A DNA stretch of 64,000 bases from an uncultured Methanosarcinaceae archaeon (GCA_963721455.1 CAVRJG010000039.1:1-64000); one strand, 5' to 3'. Shown: positions 1 to 9,655, counted from the first letter of the stretch. Translations and numbers: made by a program. Notes: generated by a model from the letters alone, not told the origin.

Positions 1-428
1 ATCTACCCTTGACTGCAGCACTAGGTTTGAAATTTTATAGAGTGCAGCGCTTCAAGTTCTCGGATGCAGGCAGAGTAAAACTAAGGTACATTTCATACGG
101 TTCCCAAAAAACCCCAGTAGAGATTAATTCTCAAATATATAATAAATAGCTGTTAAAAGAACAGTATAAATTAGCACATTTCTTATATATGCTGGTGATA
201 TACATAGGAAAAACGAAGCATATGTACAAAGTGTCATAAGCTTGGAAAGAGAATTATATTGCCCTGAATTCTTTAAATGATTTTAAAATACTTAAGTCTC
301 CTGGAATTGCTGAATATTATAGTTTATACCTTTGTAGACTCTGTCTCATACCCCATTCAAACCCGGTTGCATCCTATTGAAAACGCACTTACTGTAACTT
401 ACTGTAAATACACGGAGGGGGAAAGATT

Positions 429-1757
429 TTGAGAAAAAATATTGACAAAAACCCCGGACTTTTTTCAAGCGTCCAGCAGAGCTCCCAGATCTCTGCCGTA
501 TATAAAGATATCGAAGAATTGACAGAAATACTTGTTACCTATTTTAAGCAAGGGATTGAAAGGGGAGAATATTGTTTATGGATTTCCCCGGATGAACTGG
601 CAACAGAAAGAGCAAAGAATGAACTTGGAAAGGAAGGAGTGGATGTCGAGCACTGCCTCGTTTCCTCTCAATTGGAAATTCTGCCAGCTAATCCATTCCC
701 GGAAAATATGACCCGTCTCGCATCAGCAGTAAAAGAACTTGCAGAGAAGGGATATAAAAAAGCCCATTCAGGAGGCTTTTCAGGATTTAGAACGAATTTT
801 GATCTTAAAGATGCTGGAAGTTCTCTTAAACCCTATCTTGAAACTTGCGGGAAGACCGTTGAAACGGTAATTTTCGAAAAAAACAAAAGTCCCACGTTTC
901 TCTGTACTCTCCCTCTTGAAGAACTTTCAGGTAGCGTGCTGCTTGAACTGATGGAGGAAAACGGTGTTATTATCAAAAGAAGAGGAAAATGGAAGCACCT
1001 GGGACAGCTTGAAGGACGGAAGGAACTGGAAAATGCTATTCTCATAGCGAAAAAAGATGCCGAGGCCACTGACAGGGCCAAGAAAGGGCTCATTATGAAT
1101 ATGAGTCACGAACTTCGGACTCCCCTTAACTCGGTGATAGGTTTTTCCGATCTGCTGCTTGAAGGGGCTTTCGGATCCCTGAACACAAGACAATCAAAAT
1201 ATGTCAGCAATATTCTCATAAGCGGGAAAAACCTTCTGGAAATTATCAATAATCTGCTTGATATCTCAAGGCTTGAAGCCGGTGAAAGAAATCTTAATTA
1301 TGAGGAAATAGATATTGCCAGCCTTATAGGAGAGGTGAGAATGAGTCTTATCTCGCCTGCTTCAAATAAGAAAATCAGTGTAGAGGTGAAAGTAGATACT
1401 TCCCTTGAGAATATCCGGGCTGACAGGACGAAATTGAGACAGATCCTGTACAATCTCATGAGCAACGCTATGAAATTCACTCCTGATAAGGGAAGGGTCA
1501 TCGTGAGCGCGTGCAAGAAAGAAGGTGCGCTTGAGATTAAAGTTTCGGACAACGGAATCGGGTTGTCAAAAGAGGATAATGAAAAAATATTTATGCCCTT
1601 TACCCAGGCCGATTCTTCAACAGCCAGAGGATACGGCGGAGCTGGACTTGGGCTGTACATCGTTAAAAACTTCATAGACCTTCATGGAGGAAAAATCTGG
1701 GTGGACTCCGAAGTCGGGAAGGGCAGTACATTTATCTTTACTCTTCCGATAGATTAG
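429..1757 (+). CDS. Sensor histidine kinase with N-terminal MEDS-like domain
   Basis: HisKA motif MSHELRTPLNS; HATPase N/G1/F/G2 boxes (NLMSNAMKF, DNGIG, PFTQ, GAGLGL); N-terminal YFKQGIERGEYCLWI resembles the methanogen MEDS domain; TTG start after GGAGGGG. Confidence 0.88.
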   Translation: MRKNIDKNPGLFSSVQQSSQISAVYKDIEELTEILVTYFKQGIERGEYCLWISPDELATERAKNELGKEGVDVEHCLVSSQLEILPANPFPENMTRLASAVKELAEKGYKKAHSGGFSGFRTNFDLKDAGSSLKPYLETCGKTVETVIFEKNKSPTFLCTLPLEELSGSVLLELMEENGVIIKRRGKWKHLGQLEGRKELENAILIAKKDAEATDRAKKGLIMNMSHELRTPLNSVIGFSDLLLEGAFGSLNTRQSKYVSNILISGKNLLEIINNLLDISRLEAGERNLNYEEIDIASLIGEVRMSLISPASNKKISVEVKVDTSLENIRADRTKLRQILYNLMSNAMKFTPDKGRVIVSACKKEGALEIKVSDNGIGLSKEDNEKIFMPFTQADSSTARGYGGAGLGLYIVKNFIDLHGGKIWVDSEVGKGSTFIFTLPID

Positions 1758-1882
1758 AAAGAAAGCTCTCCCTCCAAAAAGGAAAATTTCCTTTCTTAAA
1801 AGAAATAATTTGAAAAAAATTGGTTGAAACTAAGGTATTGGTAATAGCTCCGCACCCCATCAGGATAAAATCGTAACGGTAG

Positions 1883-1936
1883 AGCGCAGCCTGAAGCTGT
1901 CTCTTATGCTTTCAAGAGACCTACCTGAACTGCGCT
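1883..1936. terminator. Compound stem-loop between convergent genes
   Basis: AGCGCAG(1883-1889)/CTGCGCT(1930-1936) encloses GTCTCTT(1899-1905)/AAGAGAC(1914-1920). Confidence 0.35.
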
Positions 1937-1991
1937 ATCCTCAAACATTTTTACAAATATATTTTTCAGAAATTTTTATCCCAGAAGACAC

Positions 1992-3245
1992 TTATTTTTT
2001 GTTTTGCTTTTTTCTGTAAACCAGCACACCTGCAGCAATAACGACAATAAGTAATAAACCTGCAATAACCATATTCGAACTGCTTCCCTGAGTTTCCTCA
2101 AAGGACTGAATAGACATGTTACTTACTATATTTTCGTGTTTATTTATTCCGTTGACGTAACTTGCTGAAAGTGTCAGGTTTATAGGCTCGTAGGTTTCCC
2201 TTCTTGAATCCGAGGAATTGTCTGCCACTGCATTAAATTCGATTGTAAAAAGCTCGTCCGGATTCATTGGCCCTATGAAATATTCTGCAGGGTAAAATTT
2301 CACTCCTTCTGCTTCAGGTTTTATGCTTACCGAGTTAAACCCGTTTGGGTGGGTGTTTGCTACATCAAATTCAATTGTAGCTTTTCCATCTACCATTTGA
2401 AGTTCTTTTGAAGGGATCACTGTTATGTTTGAAGAATCGACCTTGAGAGGAATGTTTTTCCTGCTGTTGTAATCGAAGGAATTGCCCTCTATTGCAAGTT
2501 CAAGGTTGTGAGTTCCTCCTGCGGCATTCTCCGCCACCTTCACGTTGAAAGTCAGTGTGATACTATTTCCAGGACCCAGAAGACCCATATCTTCATAAGG
2601 GGCATCAAGGATGATTATCCCATCGGATAAAGGCCTTAAAACAGCAGCCTGAATTCTGGCATTGGTATCGAAGTCACTCTCATCAATAGTGACAGTCGGA
2701 GTAGTTGCAGTGTTCGTAAGAGTTACAATGATAGTACCCCTGTCTCCAGGCATGAAAGCCTTGGGGTCCGAAACGACTTCTTTAAGCTCAACTGTACCCT
2801 TACTGTTAAATGTTTCAGTACCGATTCGTATGTCAAAGCTTTTCTCACTCCATGGGTCGTCTTTACCTGTTTTTGTTCGGATGTCAATGGAGCGTACTCC
2901 TTTCTGCGCATTTTTGTCTACAAAAAGGTGAAATTCCTTTGTAGCAGTCCTGCCAGGATTGAGGACTCCGACGTTCTGCATCGAATTTGCCTCGGAATCA
3001 AGAGAGAAAGGATATTGAGGTACAATTTCGATGTCAACGTTGTCGGCCTTATCCCCTCCGACGTTTTCCACCTGAATGGTCAGAGTAAGGTATTCTCCAA
3101 TTTTTGCAGGATACGGATTTGTTCCGATTACTGTGACTTTCAGGTTAGCCCCCCCGACAGCTGCAGAAGCAGGAGCTGCAAAAAGAGAGGAAATCAAAAG
3201 CACAGATAATACAAAAAGAATGAATAGATTTTTGATTTTTGTCAC
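1992..3245 (-). CDS. COG1361-like S-layer/Ig-like domain surface protein (copy A)
   Basis: Signal peptide, beta-rich body (NPYPAKIGEYLTLTIQVEN..., YFIGPMNPDE), C-terminal TM helix with basic tail; lies in an ABC operon. Confidence 0.75.
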   Translation of the reverse strand: MTKIKNLFILFVLSVLLISSLFAAPASAAVGGANLKVTVIGTNPYPAKIGEYLTLTIQVENVGGDKADNVDIEIVPQYPFSLDSEANSMQNVGVLNPGRTATKEFHLFVDKNAQKGVRSIDIRTKTGKDDPWSEKSFDIRIGTETFNSKGTVELKEVVSDPKAFMPGDRGTIIVTLTNTATTPTVTIDESDFDTNARIQAAVLRPLSDGIIILDAPYEDMGLLGPGNSITLTFNVKVAENAAGGTHNLELAIEGNSFDYNSRKNIPLKVDSSNITVIPSKELQMVDGKATIEFDVANTHPNGFNSVSIKPEAEGVKFYPAEYFIGPMNPDELFTIEFNAVADNSSDSRRETYEPINLTLSASYVNGINKHENIVSNMSIQSFEETQGSSSNMVIAGLLLIVVIAAGVLVYRKKQNKK

Positions 3246-3295
3246 CCTAATTCCACCCCAATTAGCTTAAAATTTTGAAGTTCAAATATTTGGAA

Positions 3296-4165
3296 TTATT
3301 CTGTATTATTTTGAATTATCCCATCCTTTACAAGCACTATCCTGTCCGCATACCTTGCAATTTCCGGGTCGTGAGTAATCATTACGATGGTTCTGCCATC
3401 TTCATTAAGTCTTGTGAACATATTCAGAATTTCACAGCCTGTCTTCGAGTCCAGATTTCCGGTGGGTTCATCCGCAAGGAGAATCGCAGGGTCATTGATC
3501 AGAGCTCTGGCGAGAGCAACTCTCTGCTGCTGACCGCCTGAAAGCTCACCCGGCTTGTGATGCATTCGGTCCTCCAGCCCCAACAGTGTAAGAAGTTCCT
3601 TTGCCCTTGCGTGGGCATCAACCCCGCTCCTTACATTAGCATAGGTGGGGAGCTCAACATTTTCAAGAGCAGTTAGCCGCGGAATCAGGTTGAATGTCTG
3701 GAAAACGAAACCGATCTCCAATCCTCTAAGCCTGGCAACTTCCTTGTCAGACAATTCATTGATATCAAGACCTTTAATTATAATCTTTCCTTCTGTAGGC
3801 CTATCAAGAAAACCTATGAGATTCATAAGTGTGCTCTTCCCTGAGCCAGAAGGTCCCATGATGGCAAGGAACTCTCCCTCCCGTACTTCCAGATCAATAT
3901 CATGAAGGATCGGGACCTCCATATTTGCAAGGATATAACTCTTTTTGACATTAATAACCTCAATAACAGGAGTTCCTGACCTATGTTCTTCATCAGTTTG
4001 CAGATGTCTGGAACGGCGCAACTCACATTTAAAGGGATCTTCGTTTGAAGTAAAGTGGTTTTCTTTCGAGTGCTGTTCCCCTTCAAGTCTGGGATTTTCG
4101 GTTCCTGTCTCCAATATTGAGCCTCCGGGAGCAGAAACGTCTTCAATGGGTATTTTCGTTTCCAT
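3296..4165 (-). CDS. ABC transporter ATP-binding protein, LolD/MacB type, with N-terminal extension
   Basis: Walker A GPSGSGKS, LSGGQQQR, Walker B LLADEPTGNLD, THD; start placed at ATG 4165 behind GAGGAG (the ORF track starts at 4186). Confidence 0.9.
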   Translation of the reverse strand: METKIPIEDVSAPGGSILETGTENPRLEGEQHSKENHFTSNEDPFKCELRRSRHLQTDEEHRSGTPVIEVINVKKSYILANMEVPILHDIDLEVREGEFLAIMGPSGSGKSTLMNLIGFLDRPTEGKIIIKGLDINELSDKEVARLRGLEIGFVFQTFNLIPRLTALENVELPTYANVRSGVDAHARAKELLTLLGLEDRMHHKPGELSGGQQQRVALARALINDPAILLADEPTGNLDSKTGCEILNMFTRLNEDGRTIVMITHDPEIARYADRIVLVKDGIIQNNTE

Positions 4166-4537
4166 ATCTACTCCTCTGTTTTTCAAATATCAGGATCAAT
4201 TTATCCGCATCTGAGTTACCATACAATATAGCCTCTTCTGACTTTTAGCTTTAAGTATCAGGCAGTAAATTTTTCAGTACACCAGGGACTGCAGAGAGAC
4301 GAATATTGTTTTCGGAATAGGAATTATCACTTTTTCCATGCTGTATATAACTTTATTTTTCTCCCGTCAGGTTCGATTCATCTTTTGTGTCCTGATTAAG
4401 GAGCTAATAATTAAGAAATTACTTAAAAGTTATTCTTAGACAATTAATATCTAACTGCCCAACTAAAAAGAAGAGCCGACTGAAAAAGAAAAGGGCGTAT
4501 TCTTCAGGTAGAATAGCCCTATTCACGGGATAGACTC

Positions 4538-5752
4538 TTATTCATACCTTAGCGCATCCACAGGATTCATGCGGGCAGCCTTTCTTGCGGGATATAAGCC
4601 GGCAGTTATGCCCACAAGGACAGAAATTACAATCCCGATTTCAATTAATTTTAAGGGAAATACTGGAGGAAGTTTGAGAGCACTTTCAAGGGCATAAGCT
4701 CCCAGACCACCGATTGTAGTGCCTACGATCCCCCCAAAGAAACTGACCATTACAGATTCCAGTAGAAAAAGAGATAGAATATTAGAGTTGGTGTAGCCTA
4801 CGGATTTCATTATCCCGATTTCTCTGGTTCTTTCAGTTACTGTCACGAGCATAATATTCATTATCCCTATAGAGCCCACAAAAAGTGAAATTAAGGCAAG
4901 GACCAGCAGGAAAGAGTTTAAAGCATCTCCTATTTTGCCAGTTTGCTCAAGAACGTCTGCTTGATTGAAGACAGTATATGGTTTTAAATCCTCATCCTCA
5001 ATTTTTCTTTCCGGGACTCCGAAATTTCGGGCTAACCTTTTATCCACTTCGTCTGCAATGTCCCGGACTTTTTCAGAACTATCAGCCATTGCAAGGAAAG
5101 CTCCATAGTCTTTTTCCCCGGTCATTTCATTCATAGCAGAAATGGGAATGAAAACTGTCAAATCATAGTCGCTATCTTCGCTAATAACCGTTGGCTCGGA
5201 ATTTTTCAATATCCCTTTTACTTTAAAAGATTTCGTCACAACCGTACCGTTCTCCTGCCGAAAAGCAATTTCCACAGTACTCCTATGGGAAATATTCTTA
5301 CTAAACTTATCGTTTGCAATATTATACCCAAGAACGGCAGCCGAGCTGTCTTTATCTGTCAGGAAAGTGCCCCCTTCCATCTGCAGGCCCTGGATCTCCT
5401 TAAAATCTTTGTTGACCCCTGCAACATTTACGTTTTTAGTCTCGGAAAGATAAGTGAGATCTCCACTCATTGATTTTCTGGGAGATACGCCGGTAATTCC
5501 CGGCGTATTCTTCATAAGATTGTACTCGTTATCAAAGAAGAGATTTGGCTGCTCGCTGGCTGCAATAATAAAATTAGAGCCTACAGAAGAGATCTCATCA
5601 GTAAAAAACTGATTAAAACTGGCACCAAGGGATGCATTAACAACCACTGCAGCTATGCCAATTACTATTCCCAGTGTAGTGAGTGCAGACCTGAGCTTAG
5701 CGCTTCCTATACTTCCAAACGCTATACGGGCTGCCTGTGCGAATTTTATCAT
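4538..5752 (-). CDS. ABC transporter permease, MacB/FtsX family
   Basis: RSALTTLGIVIG, GIMNIMLVTVTERTREIGIMKSVG and PARKAARMNPVDALRYE signatures. Confidence 0.92.
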   Translation of the reverse strand: MIKFAQAARIAFGSIGSAKLRSALTTLGIVIGIAAVVVNASLGASFNQFFTDEISSVGSNFIIAASEQPNLFFDNEYNLMKNTPGITGVSPRKSMSGDLTYLSETKNVNVAGVNKDFKEIQGLQMEGGTFLTDKDSSAAVLGYNIANDKFSKNISHRSTVEIAFRQENGTVVTKSFKVKGILKNSEPTVISEDSDYDLTVFIPISAMNEMTGEKDYGAFLAMADSSEKVRDIADEVDKRLARNFGVPERKIEDEDLKPYTVFNQADVLEQTGKIGDALNSFLLVLALISLFVGSIGIMNIMLVTVTERTREIGIMKSVGYTNSNILSLFLLESVMVSFFGGIVGTTIGGLGAYALESALKLPPVFPLKLIEIGIVISVLVGITAGLYPARKAARMNPVDALRYE

Positions 5753-5793
5753 ATTTTACCCCACAAACATGATGTCAGTTAATTTTTCCTTAA

Positions 5794-7041
5794 TTATTGT
5801 TTTCTTCTTCTGTAAAACAAGAAGGCTGCAGGAATAGAAATTATAATAAGTCCGCCTGCCAGTGTGGCTTTTGAACTGGATTCATGAGATTCGGAAATAT
5901 TTATAAAATTCAGGTTCCCGACAGTATTTGCATGTCTGTTGATTCCGTTGTTATAGTTTGCAGTAAGGCTCATGTTTATCCCTTCCGAAGCTTCCCTATT
6001 GGCACTAAATGAATTGTCTGCCATTGCGCCAAATTCGATTGTAAAAAGCTCGTCCGGATTCATTGGCCCTATGAAATATTCTGCAGGGTAAAATTTCACT
6101 CCTTCTGCTTCAGGTTTTATGCTTACCGAGTTAAACCCGTTTGGGTGGGTGTTTGCTACATCAAATTCAATTGTAGCTTTTCCATCTACCATTTGAAGTT
6201 CTTTTGAAGGGATCACTGTTATATTTGAAGAATCGACCTTGAGAGGAATGTTTTTCCTGCTGTTGTAATCGAAGGAATTGCCCTCTATTGCAAGTTCAAG
6301 GTTGTGAGTTCCTTCTGCGGCATCCTCCGCAACCTTAACGTTGAAAGTCAGTGTGATACTATTTCCAGGCCCCAGAAGACCCATATCTTCATAAGGGGCG
6401 TCAAGGATGATTATCCCATCGGATAAAGGCCTTAAAACAGCAGCCTGAATTCTGGCATTGGTATCGAAGTCACTCTCATCAATAGTGACAGTCGGAGTAG
6501 TTGCAGTGTTCGTAAGAGTTACAATGATAGTACCCCTGTCTCCAGGCATGAAAGCCTTGGGGTCCGAAACGACTTCTTTAAGCTCAACTGTACCCTTACT
6601 GTTAAATGTTTCAGTACCGATTCGTATGTCAAAGCTTTTCTCACTCCATGGGTCGTCTTTACCTGTTTTTGTTCGGATGTCAATGGAGCGTACTCCTTTC
6701 TGCGCATTTTTGTCTACAAAAAGGTGAAATTCCTTTGTAGCAGTCCTGCCAGGATTGAGGACTCCGACGTTCTGCATCGCATTTGCCTCGGAATCAAGAG
6801 AGAAAGGATATTGAGGTACAATTTCGATGTCAACGTTGTCGGCCTTATCCCCTCCGACGTTTTCCACCTGAATGGTCAGAGTAAGGTATTCTCCAATTTT
6901 TGCAGGATACGGATTTGTTCCGATTACTGTGACTTTCAGGTTAGCCCCCCCGACAGCTGCAGAAGCAGGAGCTGCAAAAAGAGAGGAAATCAAAAGCACA
7001 GAAAAAAAAGTTGCAACAACAATCTTCTTAATCATTTCCAT
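5794..7041 (-). CDS. COG1361-like S-layer/Ig-like domain surface protein (copy B)
   Basis: Near-identical core to 1992..3245; different signal-peptide start and C-terminal anchor region. Confidence 0.75.
   Translation of the reverse strand: MEMIKKIVVATFFSVLLISSLFAAPASAAVGGANLKVTVIGTNPYPAKIGEYLTLTIQVENVGGDKADNVDIEIVPQYPFSLDSEANAMQNVGVLNPGRTATKEFHLFVDKNAQKGVRSIDIRTKTGKDDPWSEKSFDIRIGTETFNSKGTVELKEVVSDPKAFMPGDRGTIIVTLTNTATTPTVTIDESDFDTNARIQAAVLRPLSDGIIILDAPYEDMGLLGPGNSITLTFNVKVAEDAAEGTHNLELAIEGNSFDYNSRKNIPLKVDSSNITVIPSKELQMVDGKATIEFDVANTHPNGFNSVSIKPEAEGVKFYPAEYFIGPMNPDELFTIEFGAMADNSFSANREASEGINMSLTANYNNGINRHANTVGNLNFINISESHESSSKATLAGGLIIISIPAAFLFYRRRKQ
6031..7002. repeat. 972 bp near-identical direct repeat of 2235..3206
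   Basis: Constant offset of 3796 bp; about 8 substitutions found by eye. Confidence 0.9.
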
Positions 7042-7053
7042 ATACTTCCACCT

Positions 7054-7776
7054 TCAATTGTATTGAATTATTCCATCTTTTACCAGAATGACTCTGTCAG
7101 CATATTTCGCAATTTCAGGATCATGTGTAACGATTACTATTGTTCTCCCTTCCATATTCAAATCCATAAATATACGAAGGATCTCGGCTCCTGTCCTGGA
7201 ATCGAGGTTTCCGGTCGGCTCATCCGCAAGAAGGATCGCAGGGTCATTAATAAGTGCACGTGCAATTGAGACCCTCTGAGACTGCCCTCCTGAAAGCTCA
7301 CCCGGCTTGTGATGCATGCGGTCATGCAGTCCCATAATTTCCAGAAGCTCTTTTGCACGCTTCCGTGGATCAATGTTGACCCTCGAATTAGCAAAAGTAG
7401 GGAGCAAAACATTCTCAAAGGCATTCAGGCGCGGGACAAGATTGAAAGTCTGAAAAACAAAACCTATTTCAAGTCCCCGGATGCGAGCGAGTTCTTCATC
7501 TGACATTCTGTTGAGATCTCTTCCTCTTATAAGGACCTGCCCACCATTAGGCCTGTCAAGGCAGCCTATAAGATTCATAAGAGTGCTCTTCCCTGAGCCT
7601 GATGGGCCCATAATAGCCAGGAACTCTCCCCTTTCAATTTTAAGGTTAATGCCTGAGAGAACCGGGATTTCCAGACTCCCAAGTACATAGCTTTTCCTGA
7701 CATTGGAAACCTCGACAATGGAAAGTCCATCCTCAGGCAAACTATTTTTGTTAATATTCACATCCCCCTTTCCCAA
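7054..7776 (-). CDS. ABC transporter ATP-binding protein, LolD/MacB type
   Basis: GPSGSGKS, LSGGQSQR, LLADEPTGNLD; paralog of 3296..4165. Confidence 0.92.
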   Translation of the reverse strand: MGKGDVNINKNSLPEDGLSIVEVSNVRKSYVLGSLEIPVLSGINLKIERGEFLAIMGPSGSGKSTLMNLIGCLDRPNGGQVLIRGRDLNRMSDEELARIRGLEIGFVFQTFNLVPRLNAFENVLLPTFANSRVNIDPRKRAKELLEIMGLHDRMHHKPGELSGGQSQRVSIARALINDPAILLADEPTGNLDSRTGAEILRIFMDLNMEGRTIVIVTHDPEIAKYADRVILVKDGIIQYN

Positions 7777-8531
7777 AGTTACTGAAATGTGATAGAAAGA
7801 ATTACATTGAATAATCTCAATGTTTTTACTCCTTATGTAAGGAAGTCCATTTTAACTTATGCTTTATTAATTTTCGCCGGATGATCCAATTTGAAGGCAT
7901 ATAGCTATTGGTTTATAGCTTTGAGGACAGGCATTTAAAAGTGAACTTTCAACGTGGGCACTACGCACACTGTTTTTGACTCTTAAAGAGATACGTTTAG
8001 TCTCAAATGCCGTTCTTTGCCAAAAATTGTCGTAGATTAAATCAGCCAAAATATAGACAGTGAAAACAGATAGCTTTAATTAATTCATTAGAGGAGATGC
8101 CTTTTTCAAAAAATTTATAATCCCGCCCAGGAATCTGTCCCCATGAATTTTTGCTGTGTTTCATATACATAATTTACGAAAAGCTAATCGCAGACTTGAA
8201 GTAGCCGGAATAATCATTTTCAAAAAGTTTTTCACCAAACCGGGGGAAACATTCAGATATTTAGATTAAAGTAGAAATAAAATCTAAACTTTTAAACATA
8301 ATATAAGTCAAAAAAATACATATATGTTTACAGAAACTTTACTCTAAATATTTAGGAACTATTATTCGTAAGGAGGTGTAATTCTATAGAGTTTAAGTAA
8401 TTTCCTAAATATAGTAAGATACAGTCACTGTTGGCTAAAACTTCAAACGGTAGATCTCGAAATAAGGAGAAATGCACCATAGTAATCTTAGTAAGTAGCT
8501 GACAGGGCCCGTGAAATTTGGAGGCTTGATA

Positions 8532-8547
8532 AAAGAGAATTATATAA
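8532..8547 (+). promoter_or_regulatory. Putative BRE/TATA promoter of the peptide array
   Basis: Purine-rich AAAGAGAA followed by TTATATAA (8540-8547), about 100 nt before the first peptide ATG. Confidence 0.55.
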
Positions 8548-8643
8548 AGAGTAAACAGTCGTTGCAGATATGTGTGCTATCTAACATATCTAACACTACG
8601 CAAGCATCGGTGTGGAAAATTATGAAATACGGAGGGAATAAAC

Positions 8644-8733
8644 ATGCTCTTTGCATTTAACTTTAGTCAGATGTTCGCATTCATGACTAACTTCTGCTTC
8701 GAATTCGATTTAGGCGATTTCTTCTGCTGGTAA
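8644..8733 (+). CDS. Small aromatic/Cys-rich peptide 1, MLFAFNFSQMFAFMTNFCFEFDLGDFFCW (29 aa)
   Basis: GGAGGG RBS shortly upstream, ATG..TAA; member of a repeated array; below the 60 aa cutoff of the ORF track. Confidence 0.75.
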   Translation: MLFAFNFSQMFAFMTNFCFEFDLGDFFCW

Positions 8734-8861
8734 CAGAGTTTCCTAAGCGGAAGTGCAAGAGATCTCTGCAGGGATAGCCATAAGTTCTTATATCCAGACT
8801 GCAGAGGACCGGGATATAACGGGGAATGAACAAAATACAGGAAATAAGTGGAGGGAATAAA

Positions 8862-8939
8862 ATGATTTTCAGTCTTGAGTATTCAAAGATTATAAAGAGC
8901 TTCCAGGCAGAATGCTTCAAATTCTACTACTGCTGGTAA
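8862..8939 (+). CDS. Small peptide 2, MIFSLEYSKIIKSFQAECFKFYYCW (25 aa)
   Basis: GGAGGG RBS; homologous to peptides 4-6. Confidence 0.78.
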   Translation: MIFSLEYSKIIKSFQAECFKFYYCW

Positions 8940-9034
8940 CTAAGCTGTAAAGAAAAAGGTCTCTGCGATGGTAATTATATCTAACACTACGCAAGCATCG
9001 ATGTGGAAAATTATGAAATACGGAGGGAATAAAC

Positions 9035-9124
9035 ATGCTCTTTGCATTTAACTTTAGTCAGATGTTCGCATTCATGACTAACTTCTGCTTCGAATTCGAT
9101 TTAGGCGATTTCTTCTGCTGGTAA
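9035..9124 (+). CDS. Small peptide 3, identical to peptide 1
   Basis: GGAGGG RBS; exact copy of 8644..8733. Confidence 0.75.
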   Translation: MLFAFNFSQMFAFMTNFCFEFDLGDFFCW

Positions 9125-9248
9125 CAGAGTTTCCTAAGCGGAAGTGCAAGAGGTCTCTGCAGGAATAACCATAAGGTCTTATATTCAGACTGCAGAGGAC
9201 CGGGGTATAACGGGGGATGAACAATCAGGAAAAGAGTGAGGGATTAAA

Positions 9249-9350
9249 ATGATCTTCAGTCTTCAATATTCAAAGGTCTGCTATTCCTTCTATCCAGGAA
9301 TGCTTCAGTTTCTTTTACAACGACTGCTTCGGCTGGTAATTAAGCTGTAA
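9249..9350 (+). pseudogene. Small peptide 4, apparently +1 frameshifted (as read MIFSLQYSKVCYSFYPGMLQFLLQRLLRLVIKL; repaired MIFSLQYSKVCYSFYQECFSFFYNDCFGW)
   Basis: GAGGG RBS; extra C in TATCCAGGAA (9291-9300) relative to peptide 6 TATCAGGAA; the repaired frame ends TGG TAA at 9339, like its siblings. Confidence 0.65.
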
Positions 9351-9455
9351 AGAAAAAGGCCTCTGCAATGGTTATTAGCATTGTTGTAATCTCGATTGCA
9401 GGAGACCAGAGTATAGCGAGGATAAACAAACACAGGAAAGAGTGAGGGATTTAAA

Positions 9456-9533
9456 ATGATCTTCAGTATTCAATATTCAAAAGTCTGCACTTACTTCCAG
9501 CAAGAATGTTTCAAATTCTTCTACTGCTGGTAA
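9456..9533 (+). CDS. Small peptide 5, MIFSIQYSKVCTYFQQECFKFFYCW (25 aa)
   Basis: GAGGG RBS; all five Phe codons are TTC. Confidence 0.78.
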   Translation: MIFSIQYSKVCTYFQQECFKFFYCW

Positions 9534-9655
9534 TCAAGCTGTAAAAGCGGCGGTTTCTGCAGGGTGTATCTCAGCAATGTTGCTGTAATCCCAATTGCAG
9601 AAGGCTGGGTATAACGGGGATGAACAAAATACAGAAACGAGTGGAGGAAACCAAT

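Larger units (their letters stand above)
8586..9367 (+). repeat. Tandem duplication, 391 bp offset (8586.. / 8977..), within the peptide array
   Basis: ATATCTAACACTACGCAAGCATCG... restarts at 8977; peptides 1 and 3 are identical at the DNA level; similarity decays in the second half of the unit. Confidence 0.85.

Noticed and set aside
1755-1757. TAG stops (kinase; also galU at 34955-34957) as pyrrolysine read-through sites
   Set aside because: Both proteins are complete at the TAG and a TAA follows within about 15 codons.
8472-8498. Micro-ORF MHHSNLSK after AAGGAG
   Set aside because: RBS spacing is only 2 nt, it lies upstream of the TATA box, and it has no similarity to the peptide family.
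8826-8861. In-frame upstream ATG giving MNKIQEISGG-NK, resembling a double-glycine leader on peptide 2
   Set aside because: The GG comes from the GGAGGG RBS; the equivalent ATG is out of frame for peptide 4, absent for peptide 5 and gives no GG for peptide 6; no C39 peptidase transporter is present.
8687-8920. 77 aa minus-strand ORF in the track
   Set aside because: Antisense shadow of peptides 1-2; the RBS-led homologous ORFs are on the + strand.
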